Shown one piece after another: positions 1-8,965 of a DNA stretch of 62,560 nt (its first letter is position 1; each line of letters begins with the position of its first letter). Where the stretch lies: the IMG/VR virus record IMGVR_UViG_3300011442_000003, positions 1 through 62,560 of that record; one strand, given 5' to 3'. A program made the position numbers and the translations under genes. The DNA comes from a virus (Duplodnaviria > Caudoviricetes). Below the pieces are notes generated by a model. That model did no database searches. It had not been told where the DNA came from and was given only the letters and a program-made list of their open reading frames with translations.

Positions 1-123
1 GAGTTACGCCTTGCCGGGGAGCTACACCAGCCAGCGTACACCTACGCGCTGATCCACCTGCCGTCGGGACGCGTGCACCTTGGCGCGAGCGACGACATTC
101 GAAAGGCGGCTAACATGTGGGCC
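1..123. repeat. Terminal direct repeat, copy 1 (probable circular-assembly overlap)
   Basis: Identical to 62438-62560; lies inside a CDS that reads through the junction. Confidence 0.95.
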
Positions 124-639
124 AAGCGCCTGCGTGACCCCGATGGTAACCCTCAGGTGCCGCGCCCGTTCATGGCGTTCCCGTGGGCACCAGAGGACTG
201 GGCGTTCAAGCTGGGGTCTCCCCACCCCACGCTGTCCGAAGCCCGCTCTGCCGTCGCCAAGGCGTGCCTGAGCCCCACTCTCAGCGTGCTGAACAGCACG
301 CGCCACCTGCCCGTGCCAAGTACGGTATGCAAGCTGCCGCGTCGGATAACTACGTTGGTATACCCCAACCCATTGCCGCGCGAGCAGCACGAGCTTGGAT
401 GGCGGGAGCTACTTCCATGGTTACTCGCGTTCAACCGCTCGCCGCATCCCAGCGATGCACAGGTCCGCGAGCTTTGGATCGAGTACCACGAACGGCAGGG
501 GGTCCAGCCGCCCACCGTGGTCTACGATCCCGACCGGCAGGTGAGGCGCGAGCGTCAGGAGCGCACCCGCCGGTATTCGCGCAACGCCCGCGAGGTGCGG
601 GCTGGCCTGCGCCCCAGAACATGGCTCAAGCTACGCTGA
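1..639 (+). CDS. 3' part of an origin-spanning ORF (true start ATG 62399); GIY-YIG-like N-terminal motif
   Basis: Frame is open from ATG 62399 (after GAGGT SD) across the junction: MADRTLPFPFDTRELRLAGELHQPAYTYALIHLPSGRVHLGASDDIRK; YTY-x9-HLG resembles a degenerate GIY-YIG. Confidence 0.6.
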   Translation, partial: ELRLAGELHQPAYTYALIHLPSGRVHLGASDDIRKAANMWAKRLRDPDGNPQVPRPFMAFPWAPEDWAFKLGSPHPTLSEARSAVAKACLSPTLSVLNSTRHLPVPSTVCKLPRRITTLVYPNPLPREQHELGWRELLPWLLAFNRSPHPSDAQVRELWIEYHERQGVQPPTVVYDPDRQVRRERQERTRRYSRNAREVRAGLRPRTWLKLR

Positions 640-808
640 AATGAGGGCACCCGGCTACCGCGAGCGAAGTCCTCGCCTCTGGCCGGGTCGAAGCACTGGA
701 GCACGGGTGGGCAAGGCCCGTGACGCGCGGCCCGCGCGTGGCATAGGATGGGACAAGCCTATGCCGCCAGTGTATCTTTAACCACCAACATAACCAAGGA
801 AGTAAGCC

Positions 809-997
809 ATGATCGATCAGTACAACATCATCGGCGCACTCATAGTGCTGCAGATGGCGCTCTCGGCTCTCGCGTTCGGCTACATGGGCTGGCGCTCCAC
901 CGTGCACGCCAAGCCCTTCAGCGCGCTGTTCGGCTACGTCTGCGCCTTCTTTACGTCGGGGCTGGCCGGGATTGCCGGGCAACTGGTGTTCGGCTGA
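809..997 (+). CDS. Small membrane protein (2 TM)
   Basis: Two hydrophobic segments; AAGGAAG SD; stop overlaps next start (TGATG). Confidence 0.65.
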   Translation: MIDQYNIIGALIVLQMALSALAFGYMGWRSTVHAKPFSALFGYVCAFFTSGLAGIAGQLVFG

Positions 998-1221
998 TGT
1001 CATCGTTCCGCCGGGGCTGGAAGGATTACCAAGGTGGTAGTTCGTTCGCTGCCGAATACGAACGCTGGTCGCCCCAGCAGCAGCTTGCCTATGAGAGAGG
1101 CCGTCGTGCCGCAGCGGTGGCGTCGTACCACACCAAGGGTACGGTATGCCGGTCATGGAAGGACGCACGCGCCGTGATCCCCCGAGGACTTCGGGCGGCG
1201 GCGCTGCGTGAGGTGCGCTGA
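997..1221 (+). CDS. Hypothetical protein
   Basis: ATG 997 coupled to the upstream stop and TGATG-coupled to the next gene. Confidence 0.6.
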   Translation: MSSFRRGWKDYQGGSSFAAEYERWSPQQQLAYERGRRAAAVASYHTKGTVCRSWKDARAVIPRGLRAAALREVR

Positions 1222-1433
1222 TGGAAGCTACCATCCTGCTCGCCTTTGTCGCCGCCTACTACATCATCAAGGAGTGGGAGGCGCACAAGGAGCGCACCCT
1301 GACCCAACGCTGGGAAAGTCAGAAAGCCATCGAGCGGGCGTGCAAGGAACACGATGCCGCTGAACGAACCGCACAGATGGGCGCGCCCGCACATTGGGCG
1401 AGCGACCCCGAGGAGGATAACCATGCAGGTTAG
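1221..1433 (+). CDS. Small protein with N-terminal TM anchor
   Basis: ILLAFVAAYYII; GAGGT SD; translational coupling. Confidence 0.6.
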   Translation: MEATILLAFVAAYYIIKEWEAHKERTLTQRWESQKAIERACKEHDAAERTAQMGAPAHWASDPEEDNHAG

Positions 1434-1695
1434 CAAGGATCTGGCGCAGCTTGAGTGCGTGATTACCCAAGCCGAGGCGGACAAGCTGGAACGCATCCGC
1501 CTCGATAGCCGTGGCGGCATGTGCGGCACCGGCATCGTTGCCGTCGGTCACACTCCCGAGGGCGAGATCGAGGACGAGCATCAAAAGTTCGTGATCTTTC
1601 CCTGCTTCCTCGTGAACCTCGACAGCACGGGCTGTTACCCCGAGTTCGTCTATCTCTCGCGCACCGGCTATCCCTTGCCGGTGACGGTTGAATAA
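1423..1695 (+). CDS. Hypothetical protein
   Basis: GAGGAGG SD before ATG 1423. Confidence 0.6.
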   Translation: MQVSKDLAQLECVITQAEADKLERIRLDSRGGMCGTGIVAVGHTPEGEIEDEHQKFVIFPCFLVNLDSTGCYPEFVYLSRTGYPLPVTVE

Positions 1696-1711
1696 CTAGT
1701 GAGGTAATCTA

Positions 1712-2023
1712 ATGATGCTGAACATACGTGTTATCATCGCGCACCTGCCCGAGGACTGGATCAGCCAGTCGCGCTACGACGACCTGACCAACGTTACCAC
1801 CGTGGTGATCGACGACCGGCGCATCCCCGAGGGGCGCACGCTGCAGTTCATCATCGCCCACGAGATCAGTCATGCCCTCGCGGCGTATGAGCATCGGCAA
1901 CGGTATGCAGCGCGCTTCAACGCCGCGCAGGACTACATCATCAACGAGATGCTGAAGCCCTCGCGCATACGCACCGACGGCCACCAGATCGACGCCGACG
2001 GCATCGACTGGTCGCGTTCATAA
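1712..2023 (+). CDS. Small HExxH (ImmA/IrrE-like) metallopeptidase-motif protein
   Basis: FIIAHEISHAL motif; GAGGT SD. Confidence 0.55.
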   Translation: MMLNIRVIIAHLPEDWISQSRYDDLTNVTTVVIDDRRIPEGRTLQFIIAHEISHALAAYEHRQRYAARFNAAQDYIINEMLKPSRIRTDGHQIDADGIDWSRS

Positions 2024-2054
2024 ACCCTAACCAGTGAGGTAACCAACAACCAAT

Positions 2055-2639
2055 ATGTACCAGCACAATATCGAGGGCGACGCCCTGCGTGCGGCCTACA
2101 ACTGGCACGGCACGCAGACGCGCAAGGACAGCGACGTGCCCTACATCATCCATCCTGTACGCGTCGGCTTGCTGATCAGCGTGGCGTTCACCGAGGTGCC
2201 GCGCTTCGAAACCGGCGGCGACAACCCCGACATGATCGTTGCGGCGGCGTTCCTGCACGACGTGGTCGAAGATTGCAACGTCAACCTTGCCGACTTCGAA
2301 CAGGAGTTCGGCTACCACGCTGGTAACCATCTCTACAGGTTGGTCAACGAGGTCACCGAGCCAAGTCGTGTGCACAAGGGAGACCCACTATGGAACCGTG
2401 CGGCGCGCAAGTCGCTCGACGCCCAACACTACGGCAACTCATCACCTGCGGGGGCGACCATCAAGCTGGCCGACATCATCGATAACCTCAGCGAGATCGA
2501 GAAGCTCCAGCCGCGTTTCCTGCCGGTATACATGCGCGAGATGCTCGCTCTCGTGCCGCTGCTGGCGCACGGGCACCCCACGCTGTACGCTCGTGCCGAG
2601 CAAGCCATCGGCATAACCAGTGAGGTAACCAGATGCTAG
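2055..2639 (+). CDS. HD-domain (p)ppGpp hydrolase-like protein (Mesh1/small alarmone hydrolase family)
   Basis: H-x-x-Q-x-RK...PYIIHP...AAFLHDVVED...LVNEVTE...IKLADIIDNL match RelA/SpoT hydrolase motifs. Confidence 0.85.
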   Translation: MYQHNIEGDALRAAYNWHGTQTRKDSDVPYIIHPVRVGLLISVAFTEVPRFETGGDNPDMIVAAAFLHDVVEDCNVNLADFEQEFGYHAGNHLYRLVNEVTEPSRVHKGDPLWNRAARKSLDAQHYGNSSPAGATIKLADIIDNLSEIEKLQPRFLPVYMREMLALVPLLAHGHPTLYARAEQAIGITSEVTRC

Positions 2640-2845
2640 GTCGCTATCTCGTGCACGCCGAGCAGACCACGTCGAGCCAGAGCGGCAGCACGCTCTACAA
2701 CTACTACATCCGTGAGCGAGGCGCGCACGAGGGGGAGTACCTCGCCCGCGTCTATGACCCCCAGCTTGCCGACCGCATCGTGGATCTTCTCAACAGGTAC
2801 GGTACGCCCCGGCCCAGCACGGCCCAACAACAGAAACTTCTTTAA
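2633..2845 (+). CDS. Hypothetical protein
   Basis: Motif/SD at 2614-2628. Confidence 0.6.
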   Translation: MLGRYLVHAEQTTSSQSGSTLYNYYIRERGAHEGEYLARVYDPQLADRIVDLLNRYGTPRPSTAQQQKLL

Positions 2846-2874
2846 CCAGCTAACTAACCAACGAGGTAAGTCAA

Positions 2875-3987
2875 ATGTATCTTCGTCAACTCGCGACCCG
2901 GCTCTATCCGATACTCGCTTCCGACAACGCGGTTGAGCTTATTAGCCCGCCGGGAATTGGTAAGTCCGAGTTTGTGCGGCAGTTCGTCGAGGAACGCCGT
3001 CGCATCACCGGCAAGCGCATCGGCCTTGGCATCATGATGATCGCCAACTACACGCCGATTGATCTTCTGGGATACATGATCCCCGAGGACACGCTGATCA
3101 CCAACGCCGACGGCATTACCATCACGGTTAAGCGTTCGGTCTACACGATCCCGCCGTGGTTCCTGTCGGAGGAGGGTATCCCCCTCAACGACTACGACGA
3201 AGCCTACCTGTTCATGGACGAGTATGGTCAGGGCGAGCCCGACGTGAAGAAGCTGACGGCTGAGCTATTGCTCAATGCCCAGATCGGCCCGTGGAAGCTG
3301 GACAAGAGCAAGGTGTTTCGCATCGCCGCGAGCAATCGCGCGAGCGACCGTTCGGGTGTGACCAAGTCGATGGATCACATCATCAACCGACGCATCGAGC
3401 TTCACATCAAGCCCGACTGGCTCTCGTTCGACCAGTGGGCCATGAAAGGCGGCGTCGCGCCGTTTTTCCGGCTCTATGCCGAGAAGCACATCGAAGTGGT
3501 GTTCAGCGGCACCATGCCCAAGGACCAAGGTCCCTTCTGCACGCCTCGCTCGCTGGTGAAGCTCTCACGCGTGTTCGACGCCTTTGCCGACCCCGACACG
3601 GGGGCTTACCCGGCTGGTAACGACGAGGAGATGGCGTTCCTGTCGGAGGTAGCCGAGGGCACGGTGGGCACGCCTGCAGCGCGCTCGATCATGGCCTTCA
3701 TCAAGGTCCAGACCGAGACGCCTGCCTTCGAACTTATCGTGAAAGATCCCAAGGGCGTGTGGTTGCCCGAGCGTGCCGACGCCAAGATGCTCACGGCCTA
3801 CTCGTGCGCGCATCGCGTCGACGTGTCCAACATCGCCCCGGTGATCGAGTTCATGCAGCGGCTGAGCCCTGACTACGCAACCACGTTCGCGAAGTCGGCG
3901 GCCAAGCGGGACCATCGCCTCATGAAGTCCAAGGAGTTCTTGGGCTGGGTGTCCAAGAACGCCGCGCTGCTCAACGCGATCAGCTAG
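2875..3987 (+). CDS. MoxR-type AAA+ ATPase
   Basis: Walker A SPPGIGKS, Walker B YLFMDE, sensor AASNR, IINR, TPRS. Confidence 0.85.
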   Translation: MYLRQLATRLYPILASDNAVELISPPGIGKSEFVRQFVEERRRITGKRIGLGIMMIANYTPIDLLGYMIPEDTLITNADGITITVKRSVYTIPPWFLSEEGIPLNDYDEAYLFMDEYGQGEPDVKKLTAELLLNAQIGPWKLDKSKVFRIAASNRASDRSGVTKSMDHIINRRIELHIKPDWLSFDQWAMKGGVAPFFRLYAEKHIEVVFSGTMPKDQGPFCTPRSLVKLSRVFDAFADPDTGAYPAGNDEEMAFLSEVAEGTVGTPAARSIMAFIKVQTETPAFELIVKDPKGVWLPERADAKMLTAYSCAHRVDVSNIAPVIEFMQRLSPDYATTFAKSAAKRDHRLMKSKEFLGWVSKNAALLNAIS

Positions 3988-4035
3988 GGAGCTAGTAACC
4001 AGCGTGGTTAAGCCGAGGGTTATTAACAATAACCC

Positions 4036-4064
4036 TTGACTTACGGTATGCAACTAGTTAAACA
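4036..4064 (+). promoter_or_regulatory. Putative sigma70-like promoter
   Basis: TTGACT-17 nt-TAAACA, preceded by inverted repeat GGGTTATT-AAC-AATAACCC (4017-4035); spacer contains ACGGTATGC. Confidence 0.45.
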
Positions 4065-4086
4065 ACCATAACCAAGGACATAAGTC

Positions 4087-4311
4087 ATGGCTTTGAAGAA
4101 GCGCACGTTCCGCCTCGTAATGGAATACTGGTCCGAGGACGAGAGTTCGTTCGACACGATCAAGGACATCTTCGTGACCACCGCACGGGAGACGTTCGCC
4201 GTCGGCCTGCTGGCCTCGGGCGGCGCGAGCAAGCCGCCTGTGGTGAGTATCTTCACCGACAGCGCGGCGTCGGGGTCGACCGAGTTCAATCGAGATGGGG
4301 AGGAAGTCTGA
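4087..4311 (+). CDS. Hypothetical protein between the MoxR and VWA genes
   Basis: AAGGA SD; TGATG-coupled to the VWA gene. Confidence 0.65.
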   Translation: MALKKRTFRLVMEYWSEDESSFDTIKDIFVTTARETFAVGLLASGGASKPPVVSIFTDSAASGSTEFNRDGEEV

Positions 4312-5927
4312 TGGCAAGCTTCGCGCCTATTACCAGACAGGTTAAGCCCGCCATTCCGGCGTTGCCCAACATGAAGTCGCAACTCAAGTTCGTCGAGGTC
4401 AAGCTGACGCCCGTGCAGGCGCAGGCGTGGAACGAGACCAAGACGGCGCTGATCTGGCAAGCGCCCGGCTTCGCCCATATATTTTACTCGCTCCTGAACC
4501 TGAAGAAGGACGACGGCGTGTTATTCTGGACACGCTCGATCCCGACCATGTGCACCGATGGTCGTGCCATCGCCGCCAACCCGGATTTCTTCTTTGCGCT
4601 GGCGCTGCAGTACCGGGTGTTCGGTGTGTGCCATGAGATCGCGCATGCGATGTTCAACCACTGCGAGGTGGGTTACCAGTTACAGCGGTCGGGAAAGATC
4701 CAAGTTTACCGCGCTGGTAACTGGATCAAGCTGCCGTACATCCATCTGATCGGCAACAAGGCGATGGATTACGTGATCAACGATCTTCTCGTCGAGAGCA
4801 AGATCGGCAAGTGCCACAAGAACTGGCTGCACGACACCGACATCGGCACTCACAAGAACTCGTGGGTCGAAGTCTATGAACGCCTATTCGCTGATCAGGA
4901 GGAGCCCGACGAGCCCGAGGACGGTGACGAACCCAAGGAAGGTGACGAGGGCGAGGAAGGCGAGGAGGGCGAAGCGGGTGAAGGCCCGACCCGGCCCGGT
5001 GACCAGCCCGGTGAAGGCGACGAGGAGGGTGAAGGGGAAGGCGAGGGCAAGGGCGGCAGCGAGGGCGACCCCGACGACCAAGAGGCCGAGGACGGGAACG
5101 GTACGCAGAAGCAGCCGCCTAACCAAGCTGGTAAGCCTCCCAAGGGCAAAGGTGGGGGCGGTGGCGGCAAGGTGCCGGAACAGACCCGCGACCCCGGCCA
5201 GTTCGATGATCATCTCGCACCGGGCACCATCGAGGGCAAGAACCCCGAGGAGTGTCCGACCAACGAGGCTCAGTGGCAGGAGGCCATCGCCAGTGCCATG
5301 GAGATCGCCCGTGCGCAGGGCAAGCTGCCCGGCTGCATGGAGCAGTTCTTCACGACGTTCTTGGAGCCCAAAGTCACGTGGCAGGACGAGATCCGGGGCG
5401 AACTCGCGCGCAAGGTGGGCTCGGGCGGGTATGACTTTCGCAAGGCGCATCGCAGGCTGATCGTCAGGGACATCTACGCGCCCTCACAGTCTGGCTACGG
5501 CTGCGATACCATCGTGGTTATGATCGACACGTCGGGATCGGTCTTTGCCGTCAAGCATCTGCTGGATCGCTGGTTCGCTGAAATGTCTGGCATCATTGCC
5601 GAGGTGCATCCGCGACGGCTGATCGTGATCGAGGCCGACGACGGCGTGCAGAAGGTCACCGAGGTCGAGGACGAGATGGATCTGCTGGAGTACCGGGCGA
5701 CGCCTTCCAAGGGCGGCGGCGGCACCGACTTCCGGCCCTCGTTCAAGTACCTCGATGACGAGCAAATCGTGCCCGATGCGGTGGTCTACCTCACCGACAT
5801 GTGGGGAGATTTTCCCGAGGAGGACACGGCTTACCCGGTGATCTGGGGGAGCATCACCCCCAAGGATCAGCACGAGGAGCCGCCGTTTGGTAAGGTGGTG
5901 TATATCCCCACCGACGGCACCGCATGA
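4311..5927 (+). CDS. DUF2201-type metallopeptidase + VWA domain protein (MoxR partner)
   Basis: TMCTDG, CHEIAH (HExxH), acidic E/G linker, MIDAS IDTSGS, GGGGTDF, YLTDMWG. Confidence 0.85.
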   Translation: MASFAPITRQVKPAIPALPNMKSQLKFVEVKLTPVQAQAWNETKTALIWQAPGFAHIFYSLLNLKKDDGVLFWTRSIPTMCTDGRAIAANPDFFFALALQYRVFGVCHEIAHAMFNHCEVGYQLQRSGKIQVYRAGNWIKLPYIHLIGNKAMDYVINDLLVESKIGKCHKNWLHDTDIGTHKNSWVEVYERLFADQEEPDEPEDGDEPKEGDEGEEGEEGEAGEGPTRPGDQPGEGDEEGEGEGEGKGGSEGDPDDQEAEDGNGTQKQPPNQAGKPPKGKGGGGGGKVPEQTRDPGQFDDHLAPGTIEGKNPEECPTNEAQWQEAIASAMEIARAQGKLPGCMEQFFTTFLEPKVTWQDEIRGELARKVGSGGYDFRKAHRRLIVRDIYAPSQSGYGCDTIVVMIDTSGSVFAVKHLLDRWFAEMSGIIAEVHPRRLIVIEADDGVQKVTEVEDEMDLLEYRATPSKGGGGTDFRPSFKYLDDEQIVPDAVVYLTDMWGDFPEEDTAYPVIWGSITPKDQHEEPPFGKVVYIPTDGTA

Positions 5928-6072
5928 CGCTGATCCTGTTCCAGCGTGGTGCTACTTCGTGGGGCTTCCAGATTGGGAAGCTCTGCATGTACTGGCCCTA
6001 CCTGCCGTTCTGGCGGGTGGGCTGCCGTCCCACGTTCATGTGGGAAGATGAATAACCAGAGAGGTAACTGTC

Positions 6073-6297
6073 ATGGGCGAACGTAAAGTCGAGGTCGAGA
6101 TCAACGGCACCGTGAGCGAAGAACTGAGCGCCAGCCTTGCCGCTGCCTTACGTGAGGTCGAGGCAGCCAGCGCCATGTTGGCTGCGTTGCGGGCGTGCCA
6201 CGACGTTCTGATGATGAACCCTCATACCAACGCAGGGCGGGCGCACAAGATGGCAGCAGTCGCTATCGCGCAGGCCGAGGAGGCGGGCATCGAATAA
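6073..6297 (+). CDS. Hypothetical protein
   Basis: Motif/SD at 6053-6067. Confidence 0.6.
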   Translation: MGERKVEVEINGTVSEELSASLAAALREVEAASAMLAALRACHDVLMMNPHTNAGRAHKMAAVAIAQAEEAGIE

Positions 6298-6490
6298 TTT
6301 GGGGTGGTGTGTCAGTCCTTTACGGCGACGGGGCGAGCCCGAAACAGCAAGTTCCTCCTGCCTAACCGCGCAGTCCCCTGCAATCGTACATAGCTGCGCG
6401 GCATGGTCAAATCCTGCACACCAGCGTTGTGCACCGGCAACAACGGTATGCAACGTGACATTACTGGATAAGGGAACAGCCCCACTTATT
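6298..6490 (+). ncRNA. Putative structured non-coding RNA
   Basis: Several complementary stems with G-U pairs in a ~230-nt intergenic gap (see findings). Confidence 0.4.
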
Positions 6491-6528
6491 TAACTAGTCT
6501 AACCAGTGTAACCAACGAGGTAATCAAT

Positions 6529-7125
6529 ATGCCGAGCAAAACCCGACTGAACAAGGACATGCGCCACATGCTGCTGCGACTGGCGAGAGATCGCGTCAAG
6601 GCCCCCAAGAGCGTCGAGGACGCGTTCACCGCCGCCCACAAAATCTGCGAGAAGGAGATCCGGCGCGTCTGCAAGGGTCTATTTCCCAAGCGCGATATGG
6701 AGGTGTTGAAGAAGTACCACGCCGCGCATCAGCCGCCCTACATCGACCTGATCATCCCCGGCGAGGCGGCGCGGTTCGACCGCTTTAACTTCGTTGGTCA
6801 CTCGTGGGAGACGGCGCGCACCGGCACGACCGACCTGCCGTGGGTGCCCAAGCACACCGAGCATGGTCGCATCCAGTTGGACGAGCGTGCCGCCAAGGCG
6901 TTCCAAGTCTACGCCAGTGCCGCCGCCGGGCGCGAGATGGCACGCAACGAACTGCTGGGCACGTTCGAAACGGCGATCCGCAACGCCAAGAACCTTGAGG
7001 AGATCGAGGCGGTATGGCCTGCCGCCCGCGAGGCGCGCGTCTATGCCCCGCCGTCGGTCCCCGCCGTGATCCTGTCCACCGTGTTCGACCGGATGCGCGA
7101 GGCGGTCGAGCAGAAGAACGCGTAA
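6529..7125 (+). CDS. Nmad5-like (nucleotide-modification-associated domain 5) protein
   Basis: N-terminal RLNKDMR and C-terminal AKNLEEIEAVWPAARE are typical of Nmad5. Confidence 0.65.
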   Translation: MPSKTRLNKDMRHMLLRLARDRVKAPKSVEDAFTAAHKICEKEIRRVCKGLFPKRDMEVLKKYHAAHQPPYIDLIIPGEAARFDRFNFVGHSWETARTGTTDLPWVPKHTEHGRIQLDERAAKAFQVYASAAAGREMARNELLGTFETAIRNAKNLEEIEAVWPAAREARVYAPPSVPAVILSTVFDRMREAVEQKNA

Positions 7126-7138
7126 CCAGAGAGGTAAC

Positions 7139-7564
7139 ATGACCGAGCTTTTCAAGTGCGCCGTCGCGCCCTGTAAATCTTGCCCCTACCGCAAAGACGT
7201 GCCGTCGGGGGTCTGGGCGATCAACGAGTACGTCAAGCTGCCCGAGTATGACGGCGAGATCTTCGAACAACTCATGAAGGGCGCGACGGCGCTGTTCATG
7301 TGCCATCAGAACGACGGCAAGCTGTGTGCCGGGTGGGTCGGCGCGCACGGCCCGCAGAACCTGCTGGCGATACGCCTGCACAACGACAAGGTCGACCCCG
7401 AGGTGTCCAAGTACAAATCCCCGGTGGCGCTGTTCAAGTCGGGTGCGGCGGCAGCAAAGCACGGTATGCGCGCGATCCGGCGGCCTGCCGTGCGTGCCCG
7501 CCAGATGGTCGAGCGACTGGCGCGCAAGCAGAAGCGGCTCTCCAACAACTCCCATAACCAGTGA
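7139..7564 (+). CDS. DUF6283-like Cys-rich protein
   Basis: PCKSCPYRKDVPSGVW...YVKLPEYD...FMCHQ...LCAGW. Confidence 0.7.
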   Translation: MTELFKCAVAPCKSCPYRKDVPSGVWAINEYVKLPEYDGEIFEQLMKGATALFMCHQNDGKLCAGWVGAHGPQNLLAIRLHNDKVDPEVSKYKSPVALFKSGAAAAKHGMRAIRRPAVRARQMVERLARKQKRLSNNSHNQ

Positions 7565-7571
7565 GGTAACT

Positions 7572-7868
7572 ATGAAGGAGATAACCGTCGATCCGGTTTG
7601 GGTCGCGGCCACGCTGTTCACCGTGATGGGTGTCGCCTTCGGGTGGTACATCGTCAGGCTGGATCACATGGTCGAGGATCTGCGTCGCGAGATCATCAAG
7701 ATCGAGAAAGACATCGGCAAGCTGCAGAACGCCGACGTTACCTGCACCAACGACCAGACCATCCTCAAGCAGGACATGTCGGCCATCCGCGAGACGATGC
7801 TCAAGATCGTTGCCCGTCGCTTCATGCGGCGCGGCCTTCGCAAGGACTTCAAGGATCGGGTGCGCTGA
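7572..7868 (+). CDS. TM-anchored coiled-coil protein
   Basis: N-terminal TM followed by a heptad-rich region; motif/SD at 7555. Confidence 0.65.
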   Translation: MKEITVDPVWVAATLFTVMGVAFGWYIVRLDHMVEDLRREIIKIEKDIGKLQNADVTCTNDQTILKQDMSAIRETMLKIVARRFMRRGLRKDFKDRVR

Positions 7869-8041
7869 TGCGACAGAAGATGGCACCCCTCCTCATGTGC
7901 GTGATCTGCCTCGCCATGGCGGCGTGGGTCGTGTGGGGCGGCGGACCCGACGACAGTGCCCGGCTTGTTGTCGGGATGGTCTCGATGATCGGCACCTGCG
8001 TGGCGATTATCGCGATTGTCCTACCTAATCCGTGGGACTGA
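7868..8041 (+). CDS. Small 2-TM membrane protein
   Basis: TGATG coupling; two hydrophobic segments. Confidence 0.55.
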   Translation: MRQKMAPLLMCVICLAMAAWVVWGGGPDDSARLVVGMVSMIGTCVAIIAIVLPNPWD

Positions 8042-8064
8042 GGCGATTAACCAGTGAGGTAACT

Positions 8065-8193
8065 ATGCCTATAATGACGTTATACCATGCTGGCCTTGCA
8101 GGCTTCGCGCTTGGCTGCTTCGTCGGCTGGTTTGCCCGCGTCGGCTGGCGCTGGCATCGCCGCCGTCGGCATCGCCTACATTACGGAGATTAA
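8065..8193 (+). CDS. Small membrane peptide (42 aa), not in the ORF track
   Basis: MPIMTLYHAGLAGFALGCFVGWFARVGWRWHRRRRHRLHYGD; motif/SD at 8048. Confidence 0.5.
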   Translation: MPIMTLYHAGLAGFALGCFVGWFARVGWRWHRRRRHRLHYGD

Positions 8194-8194
8194 C

Positions 8195-8494
8195 ATGGCA
8201 CGTTTCAGAGGCACCGTTCAGGGAGGACGTGGCGAGGGCTCCCGGCTGGGTCACGTGAGTACCGGCCTGACCACGCGAGCGAACGGCTGGAGCGGACGCA
8301 TCAGCACCCGTCTATTCGTCAACGAGAGAGACGAGGACTGGGCCAGCGTCCACCACGAGGACAACGCGGGCAACTGCAAGACGCTCTATCACGGCCCGCT
8401 CAACAAGTACGTCCCCGAGACCCCGTGGGTCGAGGTGCCGTGGAAGATCGAGCCGGTGTCCCTTACCAGTGAGGTAACCCATGCGAAGGAATAA
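8195..8494 (+). CDS. Phage hypothetical protein
   Basis: GGAG SD; MARFRGTVQGGRGEGSRLG N-terminus. Confidence 0.6.
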   Translation: MARFRGTVQGGRGEGSRLGHVSTGLTTRANGWSGRISTRLFVNERDEDWASVHHEDNAGNCKTLYHGPLNKYVPETPWVEVPWKIEPVSLTSEVTHAKE

Positions 8495-8714
8495 GCAACC
8501 GATCATCCACGGGCGGGTCAAACCCCACCCCGAGATGCAGAAGCTGATGCACATGCTGCGCGCGACCGGCAAGATCCACAATGGCGAGCCGCAGCGCCCG
8601 CCCATCGACAAGCGCGACGCCGACGAGGCGTTCACGTGGATGGTGCACGGCTTTGGTTGGGCGCTGCTGGCCGTGATGATCGCCGTCATTGGTTATGTCT
8701 ACTGGCAAACCTAA
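8481..8714 (+). CDS. Small protein with C-terminal TM
   Basis: Motif/SD at 8463. Confidence 0.55.
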   Translation: MRRNKQPIIHGRVKPHPEMQKLMHMLRATGKIHNGEPQRPPIDKRDADEAFTWMVHGFGWALLAVMIAVIGYVYWQT

Positions 8715-8943
8715 GCGCCGCAGGCGCTACGCGTGGATACGCTACGTGCCGCATCCCAACGGGGATCTGGTAGCCGACATGTCGGGCTTCCACGACTGGG
8801 GCACGGTCGATCAGATCCAGTGCCCCAACCTACTGTCACATAGCTACCAGTTAAATAACCCGTGGCTCATGATCGAGAACCCCGGCATCAACGAAAGGGT
8901 GCCCCGCTTGCAACGGATCGAATGGAAGGAACCCCAAAAATAA
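8689..8943 (+). CDS. Hypothetical protein
   Basis: Fills the gap in the + strand gene run; start uncertain. Confidence 0.45.
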   Translation: MVMSTGKPKRRRRYAWIRYVPHPNGDLVADMSGFHDWGTVDQIQCPNLLSHSYQLNNPWLMIENPGINERVPRLQRIEWKEPQK

Positions 8944-8965
8944 GTTAAATAACTATTAGTGGTAC

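Noticed and set aside
1-123. 123-bp end repeat as a biological terminal repeat
   Set aside because: It falls mid-CDS and the gene reads through the junction, which fits a circular-assembly overlap; read data would be needed to claim true termini
6322-6348. Hammerhead ribozyme (stem followed by CGAAAC)
   Set aside because: The required CUGANGA core is absent (GCGACGG instead)
6400-6423. tRNA gene
   Set aside because: Only a T-arm/CCA-like fragment; no canonical cloverleaf, so kept only as part of the ncRNA candidate
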